Assembly (NCBI GenBank): GCA_035260485.1
Contig: DATFVC010000055.1
Location: forward strand, 56,041 to 120,040
DNA from: Solirubrobacterales bacterium
GTDB taxonomy: Bacteria; Actinomycetota; Thermoleophilia; Solirubrobacterales; 70-9
Direction of reading: 5' to 3'
Length of the DNA: 64,000 bases
The notes under the pieces are model-generated. The model was given only the letters and a program-made list of their open reading frames with translations, was not told the origin of the DNA and did no database searches. Within the stretch, counting starts at the first letter, position 1; every line of letters starts with the position of its first letter. The position numbers and the translations under genes are program-made. This document shows positions 16,289 to 25,173 of the stretch, piece by piece.

Positions 16289-19200
16289 ATGTCGGATACC
16301 CAGTCCCGTGAGCTTCACGGCGAGGGCGGCCCCGTCCGCTACTCGCCAGAACGTGCCTACCGCCCGCTTGTCTCGCCCCCCAGCGTCGAGGACAAGGACG
16401 CCTGTGCGATCTATGCCTCGGTGCGCAAGGACGCGACGCCGAGCCACGAACCGATCGAACGGGCGATCCCGGCCCTGCAGAAGATGCTCCACCGGGCCGG
16501 CAACGTCGACGGCGAGGGCGACGGCTGTGGGCTGCTGCTCGACATCCCGCGCAAGATCTGGGCCGAGGAGGTCCGCGCCGGCGGCCACGACCCCTCGCTG
16601 ACCCTCGACGACGCCTTTGCCGTCGCCCACGTCTTCATCGAGCGCTCGCAGGACCTCGAGCGGGTCCAGCACGACGCCCGCGAGCTGCTCGGCCGGGGGG
16701 GCTTCCGCATCCTCGCCGAGCGGATCGGCGTCGTCGACTCGCCCGCGCTCGGCCCGACCGCGCGCGAGGAGGAGCCGCACTTCTGGCAGGTCTGTGGTCT
16801 CGTCGCCGACGCTTCTCGCCGCGACCGCGTCCTCTTCGACCTGCTGATCGAGCTCGAGCGCGAGCTCGGCGTTCACATCCCCTCGATCTCGGCGACGATC
16901 TGCGTCTACAAGGTGATGGGGGCGCCGAACATCCTCGGCGAGTACTACCCCGACCTGCGCGACGAGCGCTTCGAGACGATCGGCAGCTTCGGCCACAACC
17001 GCTACTCGACCAACACCTGGCCCTCCTTCAAGCGCGTCCAGCCCTTCTCGGTGCTCGGCCACAACGGCGAGATCAACACGATCGAGCAGCTGCGCCAGGA
17101 GGCGCGCATGCTCGGCGTCCCGATCGAGCCCGGCTCCTCGGACTCGCAGGACCTCAACCGGACGATCGCCACCCTGGTCAACCGCGACGGGCTCAGCCTC
17201 GCCGAGGCGATGGAGATGGTCGTGCCGCCGATCGTCAATGAGATCCGCGCTCTGCCCGAGGACCTGCACCGCTTCTACATGTACCTGCGCCAGGCCATGG
17301 GTCCCTTTGCTCAGGGTCCGGTCGCGCTGATCGCCCGCCACGGCGACGAGTGCGTCTTCTCCGCCGATGCACTCGGCCTGCGCCCGCTCTGGCAGGTGGA
17401 GACCGGCGAGGACTTCGTCTTCAGCTCCGAGCCCGGCGTCGTCGCGGTCAACGAGATGGTCTCCGAGCCGAAGCCGCTCGCTCCAGGCGAGAAGGCGATG
17501 GTCGCGATCGACCGCGACGCGAGGCGCTCGACCCTGCACGCGCACGACGAGATGCTGCGCATCGTCCGCGACCGCTGGTTGGCCCGCAACGGCGCCGAGG
17601 AGGCAGCGCCCTACGATCGTGCCTTGCAGACCGGCGGCCCGCTCGAGGGCGGCGACGTGCCCGGTTACTCCGACGCCGGCCCAGAAGAGCCGGTCAAGGT
17701 CGCCGACCGCGTCCTCGCCGGCTTCGGCTGGCAGCGCGACGACGTCAAACTCGTCCAGCAGATGGCCTCCAACGGGGCCGAGCCGATCGGCTCGCTCGGC
17801 TACGACGGGCCGCTGGCGGCGCTCTCGCCCGAGCGCCAGAACCTGGCCGACTACTTCAAGGAGACGGTTGCCGTAGTCACCAACCCGGCGATCGACCGCG
17901 AGCGCGAGGTCGAGCACTTCTCGACCCGGTCGATCTTCGGCCGGCGTCCCTCGATCGACGCCGCCGGCGAGGACTCCGGCACCGTGGAGACCTCCTTCCC
18001 GGTGATCCTCGGCGGGCATCACGACATGGCGCCGCTCTCCGACAGGGCATACCGCCAGATCGCCCGCGAGCACCACACCTATCTGCTCGAGGACCTCTGG
18101 GAGGAGTTCCGGGGCCGCGGCGGTGCGGTCGACATCTCGCTGTTGGAGTCGGAGACGACCCAGGGGGCGATCGAGCGGATCAAGCAGGAGGCGGTGAAGA
18201 AGGTTCGCGGCGGCGCCGAGCTGCTGGTGCTGACCGACCGCACCGTCTACGACGCCGAGCGGCGCTACCTCGATCCCCACCTCGCCACCTCGGCAGTGGA
18301 CCAGGCGCTGAAGCAGTTCCGGGTCGAGCCGGGAGAGGAGAACCTGCGGCGCCGCTGCGGCATCGTCCTGCGCTCCGCCGCGGTGCGCAACGTCCACGAC
18401 GTCATGCTCGCCCTCGGACTCGGCGCCAACGGTGTCTGCCCTTACACGATGGTCGAGGTGATCTGCGTCGAGGATTACCGGACCGACATCGGCAACCTCT
18501 GCGCGGCGCTCGCCAAGGGGATCGAGAAAGTGATCTCGACGATCGGGATCCACGAGGTGCGCGGCTACGCGCGCCAGTTCTCCTCGATCGGGGTGCAGCC
18601 CGAGCTGGCCGAGATCTTCCAGACCGAGGCATTCGCCGCCTCCGAGCGAGGGGGTGTCGGTTTTGCCGGCCTCGATCAGAGCAGTAACGAGCGGGCGCGG
18701 ATCCTGGGCGGCGAGGTGGACGCCAAACCGGCCAAGACCTTCCGCTTCTATCCCAAGGTCTACAAGGCGGCGATCGCCACCGCCAACGGCTCTGGCTCCT
18801 ACGCCGAATACTCCGAGAAAGTGCGGGATCTGGAGGCTCAGAACCCGATCTCGATGCGCCACATCATGGGCCTGGTGGGTGACAGAGAGCCAATCGTCGA
18901 CGCGTCAGTTGTAGACGCCGGCATCGGCCATCACGACTACCCGGTGGTGATCTCCTCGATGAGCTTCGGCTCGCAGTCCGAGCCGGCCTTCCGCGCCTAC
19001 GCCGAGGCGGCGAAGGCGATCAACGTCCTCTGCATCAACGGCGAGGGCGGTGAGATCCGCGACATGTACGGGCGCTACCGCAAGTGGCGCGGTCAGCAGG
19101 TCGCCTCGGGCCGCTTCGGCGTCTCGGCGGAGATGATCAACTCCTCTTACGTCGCCGAGATCAAGATCGGCCAGGGCGCCAAGCCTGGCGAGGGCGGCCA

Positions 19201-20965
19201 CCTGCCCGGCAAGAAGGTCTCCGAGAAGGTCGCCGCTGCCCGTAACGCGGCGCCCGGCACCGACCTGATCTCGCCCTCCAACAACCACGATCTGTATTCG
19301 ATCGAGGATCTCGCCGAGCTGATCGACGAGCTGAAGACGGTCAATCCCGACGTGCGCGTCTCGGTCAAGGTGCCGGTGGTGCCGAACATCGGCACGATCG
19401 GTCTCGGCATCGCCAAGGCGGGCGCCGACATCATCACCCTCTCCGGCTTCGAGGGCGGCACCGGCGCCGCCCGCCAGCACGCGCTGCGCCACGTCGGCCT
19501 GCCCTCGGACATCGGCACCCGAGCCGTGCACCGGGCGCTGATGGAGGCCGGCCTGCGCAACCGAGTCGAGATCTGGGCCGACGGCGGTTACCGCACCGGC
19601 CACGACATCGTCAAGCTGCACTGCCTCGGCGCCAACCGGATCGGCTTCGGCACGCTGGCGATGGTCAGCCTCGGCTGCACGATCTGCCGCGGCTGTCAGC
19701 TCGACACCTGCCATGTCGGCATCGCCACCCAGATCGAGACCGTCGAGCAGGCCCAGCAGCACGGTCTGAAGAAGTTCACCCCGCAGGAAGTGGATGGGGC
19801 GGCCGAGAGCTGTGCCCGCTTCTTCGCCGCGATGGGCGAGGAGGTCAAAGAGGTCGTCGCCTCGCTCGGCTACGACCGTGCTCAGGACCTGGTCGGTCGC
19901 TACGACCTGCTGGAGCAGGTCTCCCACCATGAGCAGGTCGACCTGGCGCCCCTGATCACGCCGCTGGAGGAGTTCCTCGACCTCGAGCCGCTCGACCTCC
20001 CCGTCGCCGAGGAGATCGCCGAGGAGCGGGCCGAAGCGGGCCTCGTCGTCGCCAGGCCGATCCGGATGGAGGCGAAGCAGGCCTCCGCCCAGATCGGCGC
20101 CCTTGCCGGCGACATCTGCTCGGGCCGCACGCTGCGCAATGAGTTCCCGCGCTCAACCGACGCCAACGACCGCGTGCTCGGCGCCGAGCTGGCCGGGGCG
20201 ATCGCTCGCTCCCGCATCTTCGAGGACGGGCCCGAGTCAAATGAGGACGTGCTCGCCAGCCTCGAGTTCAACGGCGGCTCCGTCGCCGGCCAGGGGCTCG
20301 GCGCCTTCAACGCCTACGGCGTCTCGATCCGGGTCGAGGGTGGCGCCCAGGACGGCGTCGGCAAGGCGATGCTGGGCGGCACGGTCGCCGTGCTGAAGGG
20401 CAAGGGAGCCAAGGGCAAGCGGCTCAACGGCTCGGTCGGCAAGTCCTTTGCCTACGGCGCGCAGCGTGGACGCCTCTTCGTCCAGGGATCGGCCGACTCG
20501 CGCTTCTGCATCCGCCTCTCCGGCGCCGATGTGGTGCTGGGCGGCGAGCCGGAAGCCGAGATCGACGACGGCCGCGGCTGCGTTGTCGACCGCGCCAACG
20601 CCAAGGGCTTCGCCTTCGAGTACATGACCTCGGGTCGCGCCGTCGTCCTCGGCGACCTCGGCCCCTGGGCCTGCGCTGGGATGACCGGCGGCCGCGTCTA
20701 CGTCCGCCACAACGCTTTCGGGATCGACCGAGAGGCAATCGAAGCGCGGCTCGGCGAGGGCGCCAAAGTCGAGCTGAAGGAGATCGACTCCGAGGGCCAG
20801 CTCGACATCGACGACCTGCTCTCCCACTACGCAGGCGAACTACGCGCGACCGGCCAGGACGAGGAGGCCGAGCGGATTCTCTCGCTCGCGTCCAATGCAG
20901 CCGAGAGCTTCCTCATGGTCGTGCCCCATAGGGTTCAGGCAGACCCCTCTATCTCGACCGAGTAG
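16289..20965 (+). CDS. gltB: Glutamate synthase large subunit (GOGAT alpha chain)
   Basis: 1558 aa. It carries an Ntn amidotransferase domain (Cys39, GHNRYSTNTWPSFKRVQPF, GHNGEINT), a central domain, an FMN/3Fe-4S domain (ISSMSFGS, KIGQGAKPGEGG) and a C-terminal GXGXG beta-helix domain. Confidence 0.95.
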   Translation: MSDTQSRELHGEGGPVRYSPERAYRPLVSPPSVEDKDACAIYASVRKDATPSHEPIERAIPALQKMLHRAGNVDGEGDGCGLLLDIPRKIWAEEVRAGGHDPSLTLDDAFAVAHVFIERSQDLERVQHDARELLGRGGFRILAERIGVVDSPALGPTAREEEPHFWQVCGLVADASRRDRVLFDLLIELERELGVHIPSISATICVYKVMGAPNILGEYYPDLRDERFETIGSFGHNRYSTNTWPSFKRVQPFSVLGHNGEINTIEQLRQEARMLGVPIEPGSSDSQDLNRTIATLVNRDGLSLAEAMEMVVPPIVNEIRALPEDLHRFYMYLRQAMGPFAQGPVALIARHGDECVFSADALGLRPLWQVETGEDFVFSSEPGVVAVNEMVSEPKPLAPGEKAMVAIDRDARRSTLHAHDEMLRIVRDRWLARNGAEEAAPYDRALQTGGPLEGGDVPGYSDAGPEEPVKVADRVLAGFGWQRDDVKLVQQMASNGAEPIGSLGYDGPLAALSPERQNLADYFKETVAVVTNPAIDREREVEHFSTRSIFGRRPSIDAAGEDSGTVETSFPVILGGHHDMAPLSDRAYRQIAREHHTYLLEDLWEEFRGRGGAVDISLLESETTQGAIERIKQEAVKKVRGGAELLVLTDRTVYDAERRYLDPHLATSAVDQALKQFRVEPGEENLRRRCGIVLRSAAVRNVHDVMLALGLGANGVCPYTMVEVICVEDYRTDIGNLCAALAKGIEKVISTIGIHEVRGYARQFSSIGVQPELAEIFQTEAFAASERGGVGFAGLDQSSNERARILGGEVDAKPAKTFRFYPKVYKAAIATANGSGSYAEYSEKVRDLEAQNPISMRHIMGLVGDREPIVDASVVDAGIGHHDYPVVISSMSFGSQSEPAFRAYAEAAKAINVLCINGEGGEIRDMYGRYRKWRGQQVASGRFGVSAEMINSSYVAEIKIGQGAKPGEGGHLPGKKVSEKVAAARNAAPGTDLISPSNNHDLYSIEDLAELIDELKTVNPDVRVSVKVPVVPNIGTIGLGIAKAGADIITLSGFEGGTGAARQHALRHVGLPSDIGTRAVHRALMEAGLRNRVEIWADGGYRTGHDIVKLHCLGANRIGFGTLAMVSLGCTICRGCQLDTCHVGIATQIETVEQAQQHGLKKFTPQEVDGAAESCARFFAAMGEEVKEVVASLGYDRAQDLVGRYDLLEQVSHHEQVDLAPLITPLEEFLDLEPLDLPVAEEIAEERAEAGLVVARPIRMEAKQASAQIGALAGDICSGRTLRNEFPRSTDANDRVLGAELAGAIARSRIFEDGPESNEDVLASLEFNGGSVAGQGLGAFNAYGVSIRVEGGAQDGVGKAMLGGTVAVLKGKGAKGKRLNGSVGKSFAYGAQRGRLFVQGSADSRFCIRLSGADVVLGGEPEAEIDDGRGCVVDRANAKGFAFEYMTSGRAVVLGDLGPWACAGMTGGRVYVRHNAFGIDREAIEARLGEGAKVELKEIDSEGQLDIDDLLSHYAGELRATGQDEEAERILSLASNAAESFLMVVPHRVQADPSISTE

Positions 20966-21007
20966 GCGCGGGTGGAGGAGGACACCCCGTCCCTCCTTGA
21001 CTTCTGC

Positions 21008-21379
21008 CTAGCGAGTTCGGGTTAGGAGGTCGGCGATTGCTCGGACCTCTCTTAGGAGGCCGTCGAGCATGGCCTCCGTGTTCGTGTGGATGCGCCACTC
21101 GGCGAGCTTGCGGTCCTGCTCGACCTGATCGATCCGTCGCTCCAGCTTGCCGATGCGCTTGTCGGTGCGCTTCTCGCTCTTGCGGAGCCGCTGCTTGACG
21201 TAGAGCCTGGTGTCCTCCCGCAGAGCGTCTAGCTCGCGGCGCAGGTCGGCGTCGCCGCCCTCCTGCTCGGTTAGCATCTCCTCTACGCCCACGCGTACGC
21301 GCTCGATCTCTTCGTGTAGCCGCTGCCGTGCCTGGTCGGCGGCGATCGACGGGTCCTGCGCAGAACTCATGACGCCCAC
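21008..21379 (-). CDS. Hypothetical coiled-coil protein
   Basis: 123 aa, highly charged and heptad-like (EEIERVRVGVEEMLTEQE..., KRIGKLERRIDQVEQDRKLAE). It lies directly downstream of the FHA gene. Confidence 0.5.
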   Translation of the reverse strand: MGVMSSAQDPSIAADQARQRLHEEIERVRVGVEEMLTEQEGGDADLRRELDALREDTRLYVKQRLRKSEKRTDKRIGKLERRIDQVEQDRKLAEWRIHTNTEAMLDGLLREVRAIADLLTRTR

Positions 21380-21412
21380 TCTAGGGGCGCCATAGGCTGG
21401 AATTTGCGCGAT

Positions 21413-22090
21413 TCAGCCTTCGAGCGCGAAGATGCGGAAGCGGCCGATCGCCAGCTCGTCGCCATTGGCGAGCTTGCCCCACTCGACCAGGTCACCGTTG
21501 ACGAAGACGCCGTTGAGGCTGCGGTCGTCGAGCACCCGGAGGGACTCGCCCGGTTCCGATACGACAAGCGCGTGGCGGCGCGAGACGCTGGGGTCGTCGA
21601 GGCGGACGTCAGCTGTGACGCTGCGCCCGATCCTGGTCCAGCCGGGCTCGATCTCGAAGGTGAGCATCTCGTCGCCGTCGCGGCAGACCAGGTGGCGGCT
21701 GCCGGCGGCGAGACCCGCCCGCAGCTCCTCCAACCAGATCGATGAGTCGACCTCGGTCTGCAGCTCGAACTCGGCGGTGGTCCCACCGTGGTCCTGCATC
21801 GACTCGAAGATCGAGTCGAGCCTGAAGCTGGAGGCGTCGCAGCGGGGGCAGCGAGGAAGCTCGTCGTCCTCGCGCAAGGAGAGTTGAGAGCCGCACTCTA
21901 CGCAAAAATAGGTACCAGGACCGGGAAATGTCCCAGTGGCGTAGCTGTCGGAAGCTGGCGTGGGGGTGAGGCTGGCGGTGATGTCTGCTCCTTCCGGGCG
22001 CGCTCCGTCGATGGATCCTAGCGCCGTGTACAAGCCCGAGCATCCGGGTTTTGCCGCAGCGATACCCGAAAGTGGGCTGCGGTCAAACAT
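21413..22090 (-). CDS. FHA-domain protein with N-terminal CxxC...CxxC zinc ribbon
   Basis: The zinc ribbon is CVECGSQLSLREDDELPRCPRCD. The C-terminal FHA signature is TRIGRS...VSRRHALV...LNGVFVNG. Confidence 0.8.
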   Translation of the reverse strand: MFDRSPLSGIAAAKPGCSGLYTALGSIDGARPEGADITASLTPTPASDSYATGTFPGPGTYFCVECGSQLSLREDDELPRCPRCDASSFRLDSIFESMQDHGGTTAEFELQTEVDSSIWLEELRAGLAAGSRHLVCRDGDEMLTFEIEPGWTRIGRSVTADVRLDDPSVSRRHALVVSEPGESLRVLDDRSLNGVFVNGDLVEWGKLANGDELAIGRFRIFALEG

Positions 22091-22135
22091 TGGGCCAGAG
22101 CCATCGAGGGTCAGAGGCTAGAATCGCGCCCTCGC

Positions 22136-22654
22136 ATGGGGCCGGTCAGCGCAGAGATCGAGATCGACGCCCCACGGGAGCGCGTTTTCGCGACGATCGC
22201 CGACCTGGCGCGCCGCCCCTCCTTCACCGATCATTTCCTCAGCGGCTTCCATCTGACCCGGATCGAGTCGAGTGGGGTTGGCGCCGGGGCGCGGTTCCGG
22301 GTGGTGTCGCCGCTGCGCTCGGTCTGGATGGACACCGCGATCGTCGAGCTGGAGGCGCCGCACAAGATCGTCGAGCGTGGTTGCGGCGGCCGCGCCAACC
22401 GGATTCCCTCGACCACGGTCTGGGAGCTGACCGAGGGAACCGGTTCGCTGACCAGAGTTCGCGTCTCGCGCTGGACCGAGCCGTCGAACCCGCTCGACCG
22501 AGCGCTGGAGGTCTTGGCTGCCAACTCGATCTGGGAGCAGCGTGGCTGGCGCGAGGCGCTGCGACGGCTCCGCGACCAGCTCGAGAGCGGCGAAGCCAGC
22601 CCGGCGCCGGCGGCGGTGGCCGGCGGCAATCCCCACGCGACCGGTATCCCGTAG
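22136..22654 (+). CDS. SRPBCC-family (polyketide cyclase/dehydrase-like) protein
   Basis: 172 aa starting VSAEIEIDAPRERVFATIADL, the typical SRPBCC N-terminal pattern. Confidence 0.7.
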   Translation: MGPVSAEIEIDAPRERVFATIADLARRPSFTDHFLSGFHLTRIESSGVGAGARFRVVSPLRSVWMDTAIVELEAPHKIVERGCGGRANRIPSTTVWELTEGTGSLTRVRVSRWTEPSNPLDRALEVLAANSIWEQRGWREALRRLRDQLESGEASPAPAAVAGGNPHATGIP

Positions 22655-22692
22655 GGCGGGCTGCCGGGCACCTTTATAGACTCTCGCCGCCG

Positions 22693-23244
22693 ATGGCCCG
22701 CCACCGCAGAATCGCCTTGCCGCTGCTTGCGGCGCTCGTGATAGCCGCTCTGACTCTTGGCGTCACGGCCTGCGGCTATTCGAGCGACTCCAAGAGCGTG
22801 GTGGAGGGCGAGTCGGTCTCGCTCGGCGATCTCAAGTACACGGTGATCTTCTCCCGCTTCCTCAATCCCAGGGACAGCGAGGACTCCGCCTACCTGGTGG
22901 GCCAGCCGCAGCTCCCACCCGGGCAAAGCTACTTCGGTGTCTTCTTCGAAATCCAGAACGAGAGCGATAAGCCGCAGTCCCTGCCGCGTTCGCTGGAAAT
23001 CACTGACGCCGCACACAAGGCCTACCACTCACTTGACAGCGAAAGCCTCTACGCGCTGCCTTTTGAAGGCGAAGTCGAACCTGAAGAACAGATCCCGGTG
23101 CTCGACTCGACCCCGCAGCAGGGGCCGATCGAGGGCTCGCTGGTCATATTCAGGCTGCCGGCCTCGGCCTCCGAGAGCCGGCCGCTGACGCTGCATATTC
23201 CTGGTCCGGAACCCGAATCGGCCGAAGTCACGCTCGACCTGTAA
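22693..23244 (+). CDS. Lipoprotein (DUF4352-like beta-sandwich pattern)
   Basis: An internal ATG at 22693 is followed by signal peptide plus lipobox LTLGVTAC. The upstream 214 codons of the 397-aa ORF overlap the SRPBCC gene and look non-coding. Confidence 0.6.
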   Translation: MARHRRIALPLLAALVIAALTLGVTACGYSSDSKSVVEGESVSLGDLKYTVIFSRFLNPRDSEDSAYLVGQPQLPPGQSYFGVFFEIQNESDKPQSLPRSLEITDAAHKAYHSLDSESLYALPFEGEVEPEEQIPVLDSTPQQGPIEGSLVIFRLPASASESRPLTLHIPGPEPESAEVTLDL

Positions 23245-23250
23245 AACGCG

Positions 23251-23299
23251 GCCGACGGGCCTAAGACGGGTCCATAGGCGACGTTTTAGGCCCGTCGGC
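23251..23299. terminator. Bidirectional terminator hairpin, 14-bp perfect stem
   Basis: gccgacgggcctaa (23251-23264) pairs with ttaggcccgtcggc (23286-23299), between convergent genes. Confidence 0.6.
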
Positions 23300-23302
23300 G
23301 GC

Positions 23303-25036
23303 TTACAGTCCGGCCGAGAGGATCTGGGCGGCTATCGGGGCGGCGACTTCGCCGCCCGCGGCTTCGGCTTCGATCAGCAGCACGCCGACCGCGAGCTTGG
23401 CGTTTTCGGCTGGGGCGAAGGCGGCGAACCAGGCATCCTTGATCTGCGCCGGTTCTTCTTCGTTTTCGGAGTCCGGGCGCGGACCGAGCTCGGCGGTGCC
23501 CGTCTTGCCCGCCACCTGCGCCTCTGGAATGGCGGCGGCGAAGCCCGTTCCTCCGGTGACCACACCGACCATGAGTTCGGTCAGCTCCCCGGCGATCTTC
23601 GGCGACATCACTCGCACTGGCTTCGCTTCGGGTCGAAGCTTGCGGTTGGCGACGACCGAGGTTGGCTCGCGAACGCCGTTGTTGCCGATCGTCTGCGCGA
23701 CGGTCGCCATCTGCAGGGGGGTCGCCAGGACTTCCCCTTGCCCGATCGCGCTCACGCCGAGATCGAGTTCGGTGCCGATATCGGTTGGGATGGTCGATTC
23801 GGGCGGATCCACCGCTGCGACGACCTCGGGCGCGTAGAGGGTGGGTGGGGCATTGAAGCCGAAGCGTTCGGCGGCGCCGACGAGATCGTTGTTGCCGATC
23901 TTCGGCCCCAGCGGGGCGAAGTCGGCGTTGCAGGATTGGGCGAACGCTTCGCGGAAGGTCCCGCCGCAGAACTCCCCGTTGGCGTTGCTGATGAAGCGGC
24001 CGCCGACATTCACGCCATCGACGATTTCGAATTCGTCGTCGAGCGAGACGACTCCCTTCTGCAGGGCAGCCGTCGTGGTGATGGTCTTGAACGTGGATCC
24101 TGGTGGCTGCGGCGCCGAGAAGGCCTGCCCGGCAAGCGCACGCACGTCGCCACTGCGTGCGTCGAGCACAGCGACGCCACCGGCGCGTCCGGCGAGGCCG
24201 GAGACCGCAGATAGCTGCAGATTGGGGTCGATGGTCGTCTTCACCGGCGCCCCGGGCTGGGGTTCTGCTTGGGAGAGGATGCGGGCCGAACCGCCTTCGC
24301 CTTCAACTGCGAGCAGCGAGCCGCCGGGCCGGCCGGCGAGACGCGCGTTGAAGGCCTGCTCGAGGCCACTGACGCCGACCGGGGTGCCGGCCGGGAAACC
24401 CTGCCGGGCGAGCGCCGCCAGATCTTCTTCTTCGGCCATGCCGACTTCGCCGGTGACGTCGATCGCGGCGCTGCCGAGTGGATGTTCGCGCGCCTCGGCG
24501 GGGCCTTCTGCGAGCGGCGTCCCGTCGCGGGCGAGGATCGGCGCTCGCGGCGCCAGCTCGACCCGGTTTTCGAGGTGCTCGCCGGGTTCGAGGCCGGGGA
24601 AGACCAGGCTCGGGTCCCAGGTGACGCCACCTTCGGCGTAGGGGACGTCGAGGTCGTCGGAGACGTCGCCGAAGGCGGCCGTGCCGGCTTCGACTGGAAC
24701 CGGGACGACCGTGTGGTCGCTCTGGCTGGTCGGATCGCCGGGCGAGTGCACCTCGAGCGTGCGCAGCGTCGCCACCTCCGCCGCCTGGCGGTAGGCCTTG
24801 GCGAATTCGCCTTCGCCGACCGCGCGCCGCGAAGCATCGTTCAGCTCCCGATACATCGCGGCGAAGTCCTTGTGTGCCCAGGCTGTGGCATAGCGCTCCG
24901 CAACTTCCTTCTCTGGCGATCCCGGCGCGCCCGCTGAGGCGCCGAGCGCGAAGGCGACGATGGCGATGACGATGAGGGGAAGCGCGCGGGTGACGAGACG
25001 GCGACGGCGCTCCACCTCGGTGGGCAGGGTTTTCAC
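23303..25036 (-). CDS. Class B penicillin-binding protein (transpeptidase) with NTF2-like MecA_N domain
   Basis: It has an N-terminal TM helix and an NTF2-like segment (AERYATAWAHKDFAAMY). The transpeptidase motifs STFK, SCN and KTGT are all present. Confidence 0.85.
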   Translation of the reverse strand: MKTLPTEVERRRRLVTRALPLIVIAIVAFALGASAGAPGSPEKEVAERYATAWAHKDFAAMYRELNDASRRAVGEGEFAKAYRQAAEVATLRTLEVHSPGDPTSQSDHTVVPVPVEAGTAAFGDVSDDLDVPYAEGGVTWDPSLVFPGLEPGEHLENRVELAPRAPILARDGTPLAEGPAEAREHPLGSAAIDVTGEVGMAEEEDLAALARQGFPAGTPVGVSGLEQAFNARLAGRPGGSLLAVEGEGGSARILSQAEPQPGAPVKTTIDPNLQLSAVSGLAGRAGGVAVLDARSGDVRALAGQAFSAPQPPGSTFKTITTTAALQKGVVSLDDEFEIVDGVNVGGRFISNANGEFCGGTFREAFAQSCNADFAPLGPKIGNNDLVGAAERFGFNAPPTLYAPEVVAAVDPPESTIPTDIGTELDLGVSAIGQGEVLATPLQMATVAQTIGNNGVREPTSVVANRKLRPEAKPVRVMSPKIAGELTELMVGVVTGGTGFAAAIPEAQVAGKTGTAELGPRPDSENEEEPAQIKDAWFAAFAPAENAKLAVGVLLIEAEAAGGEVAAPIAAQILSAGL

Positions 25037-25055
25037 TGACGGGAAATTTAGTGGT

Positions 25056-25169
25056 GGGAGGGGTCGGGTACTGCTCCCGGCTCAACTTTTTCCGAACACA
25101 GCTCGAGACTGTCCATGGGCGTCGCCGCGGGAAAAGTACAAGCCGCCGGGGCAGCACCCGACCCCTCCC
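25056..25169. repeat. 114-nt inverted repeat (about 24-nt arms, one mismatch plus one bulge) between marP-like and PBP genes
   Basis: gggaggggtcgggtactgctcccgg (25056-25080) pairs with ccggggcagcacccgacccctccc (25146-25169). Confidence 0.8.
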
Positions 25170-25173
25170 TTTC

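Noticed and set aside
16238-18862. 874-aa ORF on the minus strand, antisense to gltB. 18905-19930 and 20237-20827 are similar.
   Set aside because: The translation is extremely Arg/Gly/Asp/Val-rich with no recognisable domain. The plus strand encodes an unmistakable glutamate synthase. This is the typical shadow ORF of GC-rich DNA.
22051-22692. N-terminal 214 codons of the 397-aa ORF 22051-23244.
   Set aside because: They overlap the SRPBCC gene in another frame and read as Arg/Gly/Pro-rich junk. A signal peptide plus lipobox begins at the internal ATG at 22693.
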